Assembly: GCA_965218195.1 (NCBI GenBank)
Contig: OZ244593.1
Coordinates: 310,893 to 374,892, forward strand
Direction of reading: 5' to 3'
DNA from: Chloroflexota bacterium
GTDB lineage: Bacteria; Chloroflexota; UBA11872; VXNJ01
DNA length: 64,000 nt
Both the position numbers and the translations under genes were made by a program. Below are positions 58,119-64,000 of the stretch, piece after piece. Below the pieces are notes generated by a model, which did no database searches, had not been told where the DNA came from, and worked only from the letters and a program-made list of their open reading frames with translations. Numbering within the stretch: the stretch's first letter is position 1; each line of letters opens with the position of its first letter.

Positions 58119-58310
58119 TGTAAAAGCTTGAACCCCAGACTGAAAGGGCGGGATGGAATTGACCCGGGTCGTAGCAGAGAGCATCTTCGGCGGGATACCC
58201 AACAGGAAGTGGGAAAGTGAGAGAAACCCTCGAGTTAAAGGGTGTGGGATTGCGCGAGAGCCAGGTTGCTCCAGGAACTCGATGCGCAAGTATCCGTGGT
58301 CGTTCCGGGC

Positions 58311-58382
58311 GCCGAGGCCGTTAAGCTGGACGCGGCTATCGCGGCGAATCTGGCGCGCCCGGGATTCGGAACGGATGGGTGA
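58311..58382 (+). pseudogene. Probable 3'-terminal remnant of a type I hsdM gene
   Basis: Reads AEAVKLDAAIAANLARPGFGTDG*, resembling the HsdM C-terminal helix as I recall it (EAAKLDAAIAANLKELGF). Confidence 0.55.
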
Positions 58383-58422
58383 GAAAACTGTTAAGTGATT
58401 TCACAAGGATAGTGCGGCGCCA

Positions 58423-60168
58423 ATGACGTACGGCGACGAGGAAGTCAGGCGCCAGCTGCGATTAGGCGAAGACAGCAACTGGGAGTTCAAGGAGGTCGAC
58501 TTCGCCGGCAACCGGCCGAGAAGCCCACGCCGGGACGACTGGGCAGACGAAATCGCCGCCTTCGCCAATGCGAACGGCGGCGTGCTGCTCTGCGGCGTCA
58601 CCGATGATGGCGATGTTCAAGGCATGTCCCGCGAACAGATCGTCGAGTTGGATTCCCTTCTGGTCGAGATCAGTTCCGACTCCATCAGGCCGGCTGTTCG
58701 CATCCGCACTCATCACATGCAACTCCCGGATGGCAAACGGTTGATGCTGGTCGACGTCCCGGAGGGCGATTCGCAACATGACAGCCCCGGCGGGAGCTAT
58801 GTTCGGGTAGGCGGCTCCAAGCGGAGAATGACCAGCGATGAGCGGCTGCGCCAGGCGCAGAGGCGAGGCCAGGCCCAGTTTCTTTGGTTCGACAAGCAGA
58901 CTATCAACGGAACAGGTTTCGCGACTCTTGACGAAGCTCTGTGGAAGCCTCTGCTGAGCGCCGAGGGCGCGGCCGCTCCCGAACTGGCGTTGGAAAGGAT
59001 AGCGCTGCTGGCCAACGACGAGGCTGGAATTCTGCGCTCCACGGTAACTGGCGTGTTGTTGTGCACTCGAAATCCTGCGCAGTGGCTTCCTAACGCCTGT
59101 ATCACGGCGACTCGTTACCGGGGAAGAGACCGCGCTTCCGGCCAGATCGATGCGCAGGAAATTACCGGTCCGCTGAATCGGCAAATCGCCGATGCGGTGG
59201 CCTTTGCCGTAAAGAATATGCATGTTGCGGCCCGTAAGGATCCGGCGCGCATGGACCTGCCTCAGTACAGCGACAGGGCGCTGTTCGAGGCCCTGGTCAA
59301 CGCCGTGGCGCATCGTGACTATTCAATGCGCCATAGCAAAATTCGCCTCTCGATGTTCCAAGACCGCCTGGAGATTCAGTCGCCGGGCGCGCTGCCGAAC
59401 AACCTGACGGTGGAGAGCATGGCGACGCGGCAAGCAACTCGCAACGAAGCGTTGGTCTCCGTGCTGGCGCGAATGCCAGTGGGGGGACTCCACGGTTCGG
59501 ATGACAGGCAGTATTTCATGGAGCGCCGCGGAGACGGTGTTCCAATCATCACGCGCGAAACTCAGGAACTCTCTGGCAAGCTGCCCGAGTATCGACTGAT
59601 TGACAACTCGGAAGTCTGTCTCACTATCCCAGCGGCAGCGCAGGAGCAGAGCCCCGCCCGCGCCGTAATCACCGTGTGGTTCGCTGGCCAGCCCTTACTT
59701 GGGGTCGACCTGCTAACTCTTTTCCCCAACAAGACCTGGAAGGGTGCCACCACGGACGAAAACGGCGAGGCGACTGTCGATCTGTACACGACTCATCTTC
59801 CTATGACGGTGTTCGCCTCCGCTCCCGGCTACGCCGCGTACCTGGAACGGGAATGGATGCCAAGCCAGGGGGCGCTCGCGGTGGAACTTGAAGCCCTATG
59901 CGAGGGCGGCAGTATCATCTTCTCCGAGGCGACCGGCTACCTTCCAGGGCTCAAGGGTAGGCTGAATCCTATTCGGGACGCCCATGACCGAACTTATCTC
60001 TACGCTTCCAACATCGCCATCAACGGAGGAAAGCAGCAGCCTGTCCACTTCGCCTTAGGCGAAGACCTGCGTCTTACCGATGCCGATGGAAGCGAGGCGT
60101 TTGTCCGCATCCTGGACGTTATGGGGCGATCGGCGCTTTTGGAGTATCGCCACATGACTGGGGCGTGA
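58423..60168 (+). CDS. Schlafen/AlbA_2 + HATPase_c_4 protein with ~175-aa beta-rich C-terminal domain
   Basis: GEDSNWEFKE, IAAFANANGGVLLCGV; EALVNAVAHRDY, LEIQSPG, ERRGDG. Confidence 0.85.
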   Translation: MTYGDEEVRRQLRLGEDSNWEFKEVDFAGNRPRSPRRDDWADEIAAFANANGGVLLCGVTDDGDVQGMSREQIVELDSLLVEISSDSIRPAVRIRTHHMQLPDGKRLMLVDVPEGDSQHDSPGGSYVRVGGSKRRMTSDERLRQAQRRGQAQFLWFDKQTINGTGFATLDEALWKPLLSAEGAAAPELALERIALLANDEAGILRSTVTGVLLCTRNPAQWLPNACITATRYRGRDRASGQIDAQEITGPLNRQIADAVAFAVKNMHVAARKDPARMDLPQYSDRALFEALVNAVAHRDYSMRHSKIRLSMFQDRLEIQSPGALPNNLTVESMATRQATRNEALVSVLARMPVGGLHGSDDRQYFMERRGDGVPIITRETQELSGKLPEYRLIDNSEVCLTIPAAAQEQSPARAVITVWFAGQPLLGVDLLTLFPNKTWKGATTDENGEATVDLYTTHLPMTVFASAPGYAAYLEREWMPSQGALAVELEALCEGGSIIFSEATGYLPGLKGRLNPIRDAHDRTYLYASNIAINGGKQQPVHFALGEDLRLTDADGSEAFVRILDVMGRSALLEYRHMTGA

Positions 60169-60261
60169 ATCAAACCCCCAAAACCGGGCCACCGGCTCAG
60201 CAGCCACCGCGAGCACGCGGGCGATAACATAAGCCCACATCAAAGATCAGAGAGGCAAGCG

Positions 60262-61233
60262 ATGGAAAATTCGATTCGGGTGGCCGTCGGGCAGCTTCGG
60301 GAGCTGACGAACCATGACCTCCAGTTCGCCGCACAGCTTGGTGTAAAGGGCGTCCAGCTCAACGGTCCCAACGTTCCCGGCGAAAAGCGCTGGGAATACA
60401 TGGACCTGTTGCAGCTTCGAATGCGCGCCGAAGACGCCGGGCTCAAGCTCGAAGCCCTGGAGAACACGCCGCTGAGCTTCTACGACCACGCGATGCTCGG
60501 ACTGCCGGGCCGCGACGAGCAAATCGAAAACTACCAGGAGACGATTCGCAACGTCGGCCGCGCCGGAATCCCCATTCTCGGCTTCCACTGGATGCCGAAT
60601 CAGGTCTGGAGGACGTCGCAGACCACGCCCGGCCGGGGCGGATCGAAAGTAACGTCGTTCGACATGGAGCTCGCCAAGACGTCCCCGGCGACACATGGCC
60701 GCGAGTACACGGCCGAGGAGCTATGGGAAACGTATCGCTATTTCATCGACGCCGTGGTTCCCGTAGCCGAGGAAGCGGGGATATCGCTGGCGCTTCATCC
60801 CGACGATCCACCCGTTGCATCGCTGGGCGGAGTAGCCCGAATCATGAACAGCTTCGACAACTTCAAGCGCGCCATGGAATACCGCGACAGCCCGAATCTG
60901 GGGCTGGATTTTTGCATGGGTTGCTGGTCGGAAATGATGGGCGCGGGTTGTCTGGAGGCTATGGAGTATTTCGGGCCGAGAGGCAAGATTCTCTACGTCC
61001 ACTTCAGAGACGTTCAGGGACTGGTGCCGAAGTTTCAGGAGTGCTTTCTGGGCGAGGGAAATGTCAATCTCACCAGGGCGCTGCTGACTCTCAGGAAGAC
61101 GGGTTTCAACGGATTTCTCATCGACGATCACGTCCCGGCCATCGTCGGCGATACGCCATACGGGCACAGGGCTCGCGCGCACGCGATCGGGCACATGACC
61201 GGTCTGCTTGCCGCTATCGATGAGCTTGTCTGA
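60262..61233 (+). CDS. Mannonate dehydratase (UxuA) family
   Basis: LALHPDDPP, GLDFCMG, YVHFRDV, LIDDHVP. Confidence 0.85.
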   Translation: MENSIRVAVGQLRELTNHDLQFAAQLGVKGVQLNGPNVPGEKRWEYMDLLQLRMRAEDAGLKLEALENTPLSFYDHAMLGLPGRDEQIENYQETIRNVGRAGIPILGFHWMPNQVWRTSQTTPGRGGSKVTSFDMELAKTSPATHGREYTAEELWETYRYFIDAVVPVAEEAGISLALHPDDPPVASLGGVARIMNSFDNFKRAMEYRDSPNLGLDFCMGCWSEMMGAGCLEAMEYFGPRGKILYVHFRDVQGLVPKFQECFLGEGNVNLTRALLTLRKTGFNGFLIDDHVPAIVGDTPYGHRARAHAIGHMTGLLAAIDELV

Positions 61234-62269
61234 GGACCGCTCGGGGAACGAAAGCGAAGGCGGAAACGCACCGGCTGAGGATAGCGCCGGAACGCGGAGA
61301 CGGTTGCTCGTCAGCAGCGGGCTGGCGTCGCTCGAGAGATTGCGCTCGGAGTTTGAAAGCCGCGTAAGGAGGACGGCGGAACGCCTGCCCCCGGCGATCA
61401 CCGGCCCGGTCCAGCTCTTGATTCGCACCTGGCGGGAGTTCGTCGACGACAACTGTACGACACACGCGGCGGCAATAGCGTTCCACACTCTGTTCGGTCT
61501 GTTCCCGCTATTACTCGGGACCAGCGTGATTCTGTCGTTCTTCCCGGCGGGCCGCGAGGCATACGCCGACGCCCTGCAAAATCTGGGGGAGCTATTTCCG
61601 GAGGCCGAAGGCATTGTCGAGGACAACGTTCGCGGGAGCGTGGACCTTCGCGGCGTGTTCGGAATCGTGGCTCTCGGCACGCTGTTGTGGTCAGGCTCGC
61701 GGATCTTTCAGGCGCTCAGACTTGCTCTCAACGCTGCGTGGGACGTGACCAGCCGCCGCCAGGCTCTTAAAGCCAAGGCGGTAGATTTCGCCGCAGTCTT
61801 GCTTATAGGTCCGCTGATGCTGCTGTCCGTCGGGTCTACAGCCTTGATCGAAGCCGTCCGCTATGTCGTCGCAATTCTCGGCGACACCGTTCCGTTTCTG
61901 GAGTTCCTGAGCGCGGAGGCTATCTGGCTGGCTGCACTCCGCCTCATTCCCCTGGCCACAAGCGCGCTTCTTTTCGAGATTGCCTACGTCCTGCTTCCCA
62001 ATTTGCGCGTCCGCTGGACTCACGCCTTGCCTGGTGCTTTGCTCGCGGCGGTCCTCTTCGAGGTGGGAAAGCTGGGCTTTGCCTGGTACGTTTCAAATCT
62101 GGCATCGTTCAGCCTGGTATACGGCTCGCTGAGCACTGTAATCGTGCTGATGGTCTGGATTTACATCTCCGCGATCATCTTGCTAATCGGAGCCGAGTTC
62201 AGCTCCGAGTTTTCCCGGCGGCGCCTGGGCGCTCGGAATCCGGATACCGTCGCGGGCGCGGCGGGCTGA
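61220..62269 (+). CDS. YihY/virulence factor BrkB family membrane protein
   Basis: AAAIAFHTLFGLFP, ALNAAWDV, YGSLSTVIVLMVWIYISA. Confidence 0.9.
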   Translation: MSLSEDRSGNESEGGNAPAEDSAGTRRRLLVSSGLASLERLRSEFESRVRRTAERLPPAITGPVQLLIRTWREFVDDNCTTHAAAIAFHTLFGLFPLLLGTSVILSFFPAGREAYADALQNLGELFPEAEGIVEDNVRGSVDLRGVFGIVALGTLLWSGSRIFQALRLALNAAWDVTSRRQALKAKAVDFAAVLLIGPLMLLSVGSTALIEAVRYVVAILGDTVPFLEFLSAEAIWLAALRLIPLATSALLFEIAYVLLPNLRVRWTHALPGALLAAVLFEVGKLGFAWYVSNLASFSLVYGSLSTVIVLMVWIYISAIILLIGAEFSSEFSRRRLGARNPDTVAGAAG

Positions 62270-62377
62270 TTCCATGCCCGCCGGGTCATCCTTCTTGGGC
62301 GTAGCTCCACAAACCGCTATAAATGAAGCTGAAATATAACCGATCGCGCTAAACGGTGCGGGCCACGGCGTTCCGCG

Positions 62378-62405
62378 CTGGATTCCCGCGTGCGTGGTAA
62401 TGACG
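62378..62405 (-). repeat. Degenerate CGTC-type REP
   Basis: Reverse complement CGTCATTACCACGCACGCGGGAATCCAG. Confidence 0.7.
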
Positions 62406-62439
62406 ACTAAGGGACGGAAATAACAAGGGAGGCCTAGAA

Positions 62440-63882
62440 ATCGAAACTCTCAAGAATTTCATTGGCGGCAAATGGGTAGAGTCGTCGACAGGCAACTGGA
62501 TAGACGTTACCAATCCGGCAAACGGCGAAGTCATCGCCAAGGCGCCCGACTCGACGGCGGCTGAAATCGGCGACGCGATTTCAGGGGCCGAGTCCGCATT
62601 CGAGAGCTGGCGGCTGGTCCCGGCGGTCGACCGGACACAAGTGCTGTTTCGGCTCAAGGCCCTGATGGAAGAGCACATCGAGGACTTGAGCGCGGTAGTT
62701 ACCGCCGAAAACGGCAAGACGCTCGACGAATCCCGCGGAGAGATACGGCGAACAATCGAAAACGTCGAAGTGGCCATCGGCGTTCCGAGCTTGATGATGG
62801 GATCGAATCTCGAAAATGTAGCTACAGGGATTGACGAATACGCCGTGCGGCAGCCCCTCGGCGTATTCGGCATGGTCCCTCCGTTCAACTTTCCGGCAAT
62901 GGTCCCGATGTGGTTCATGCCGTATGCCATCGCATGTGGTAACACGTACATAATCAAACCGTCGGAGCAAACGCCGATGTCACAAGCTCGCATTGCCGAG
63001 CTTGCCGTCGAGTCCGGTTTTCCGCCCGGAGTGCTCAACATCGTTCACGGGGGGCGGGCGGTCTCCGAAGCGCTGCTGGATGACCCGCGCATAGCGGGCG
63101 TTTCGTTTGTCGGATCATCTTCGGTGGCGCGCGAGGTCTATCGACGCGGCACCGCCGCCGGCAAGCGAATGCAATGCCAGGGCGGCGCGAAGAACTACCT
63201 CGTAGTCATGCCGGACGCCAGCATGGAGGAGACGGTCGACAACGTGCTCGGCTCGGCGTTCGGCGCGGCGGGTCAGCGCTGCCTGGCGGGATCGGTGGTG
63301 GTCACGGTCGGCGAAGCCCACGACGCCTTGACGAACGGCGTGGTCGACGCCGCCAAGTCGGTGAAAGTCGGCGACGGCACGGAGCCGGACACGGAAATGG
63401 GCCCGGTGATCTCGTCGGCGAGCAGGGACCGGGTGACGAATTACATCGAAAAGGGCCTCGAGGAAGGCGCAACCCTGCTGCTTGACGGTCGAAACGCAGA
63501 CGGCGGCGACGGCGGCTACTTCGTCGGTCCTACCATCTTTGCCGACGTCGATCCTTCCATGGCGATCGCGCGGGAGGAGATTTTCGGCCCGGTTCTGAGC
63601 GTCATGAGGGCGGACTCGCTGGACGAGGCTATCGAGACCATCGACCGCGTGCCGTACGGGAACATGGCGTCGATCTTTACGTCGAGCGGCAAGGACGCCA
63701 GAGAGTTCAGCTCACGAGTCAGAGCGGGCAACGTGGGAGTCAACATAGGCGTGGCCGCGCCCATGGCCTTCTTCCACTTCGGCGGGATGAAGGAGTCGTT
63801 CTACGGCGACTTGCACGGTCAGGCCCGCGACGCGATCAACTTCTTTACCGAGGAAAAGATTATCGTCGAGCGCTGGTTCTAG
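62440..63882 (+). CDS. mmsA: CoA-acylating methylmalonate/malonate-semialdehyde dehydrogenase; apparent ATC start
   Basis: LKNFIGGKW.., PFNFPAMVP, GGAKN, AAGQRCLA, EEIFGP, GVPIG-like GVNIGVAAP; the track misses the first 67 codons. Confidence 0.9.
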   Translation: METLKNFIGGKWVESSTGNWIDVTNPANGEVIAKAPDSTAAEIGDAISGAESAFESWRLVPAVDRTQVLFRLKALMEEHIEDLSAVVTAENGKTLDESRGEIRRTIENVEVAIGVPSLMMGSNLENVATGIDEYAVRQPLGVFGMVPPFNFPAMVPMWFMPYAIACGNTYIIKPSEQTPMSQARIAELAVESGFPPGVLNIVHGGRAVSEALLDDPRIAGVSFVGSSSVAREVYRRGTAAGKRMQCQGGAKNYLVVMPDASMEETVDNVLGSAFGAAGQRCLAGSVVVTVGEAHDALTNGVVDAAKSVKVGDGTEPDTEMGPVISSASRDRVTNYIEKGLEEGATLLLDGRNADGGDGGYFVGPTIFADVDPSMAIAREEIFGPVLSVMRADSLDEAIETIDRVPYGNMASIFTSSGKDAREFSSRVRAGNVGVNIGVAAPMAFFHFGGMKESFYGDLHGQARDAINFFTEEKIIVERWF

Positions 63883-64000
63883 CCGGTCGTGGCGGGGTCC
63901 TCTTGCGGACGAGGGGATGGACGTTGGCTTAACTAACAGATCGAGCCGGCCCATCGCTGGACTAACGCGCTGCCTTGGCGGGTTCCGGCGGCTCGGTAGC

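Noticed and set aside
58119-58265. Cobalamin riboswitch-like words (GTTAAAGGG, AGCCAGG)
   Set aside because: The B12-box and the GGGAA/GGTG core are missing.

Overview
High-GC bacterial chromosomal segment, probably from a Chloroflexota member. This is inferred from the Chloroflexi-type N-terminal domain on the GH-A hydrolase, the DUF2298 protein and the Pro/Thr-stalked lipoproteins. Core content: scattered sugar-acid/aldehyde catabolic genes, two tandem tRNA-Ser genes, envelope and glycosylation genes, murJ-lepA, a GT4-GH57-GNAT operon, argCJBDGH, a xanthine-dehydrogenase-family molybdoenzyme operon with MoaD, an MMPL-lipocalin pair, a uxuA-like gene, yihY and mmsA/iolA. There are three accessory patches. 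(1) A HI1419/HI1420-type toxin-antitoxin module sits between two diverged copies of a ~280 bp segment. (2) A defence island (38.2-46.3 kb) carries a PLD-helicase N-terminal remnant, a complete type I RM system, vapBC and a DprA/SLOG-like gene. (3) A Schlafen/AlbA_2-ATPase gene with an unusual beta-rich C-terminal domain lies directly behind an hsdM 3' remnant. CGTC- and GTAG-type REP palindromes are dispersed across the window, and one lies in frame inside a glycosyltransferase gene. Point anomalies: a 1-nt frameshift in the enolase-family dehydratase, an apparently lost toxin stop codon, and an mmsA gene that seems to start at ATC. All family assignments come from motif recognition by eye, not from database searches.
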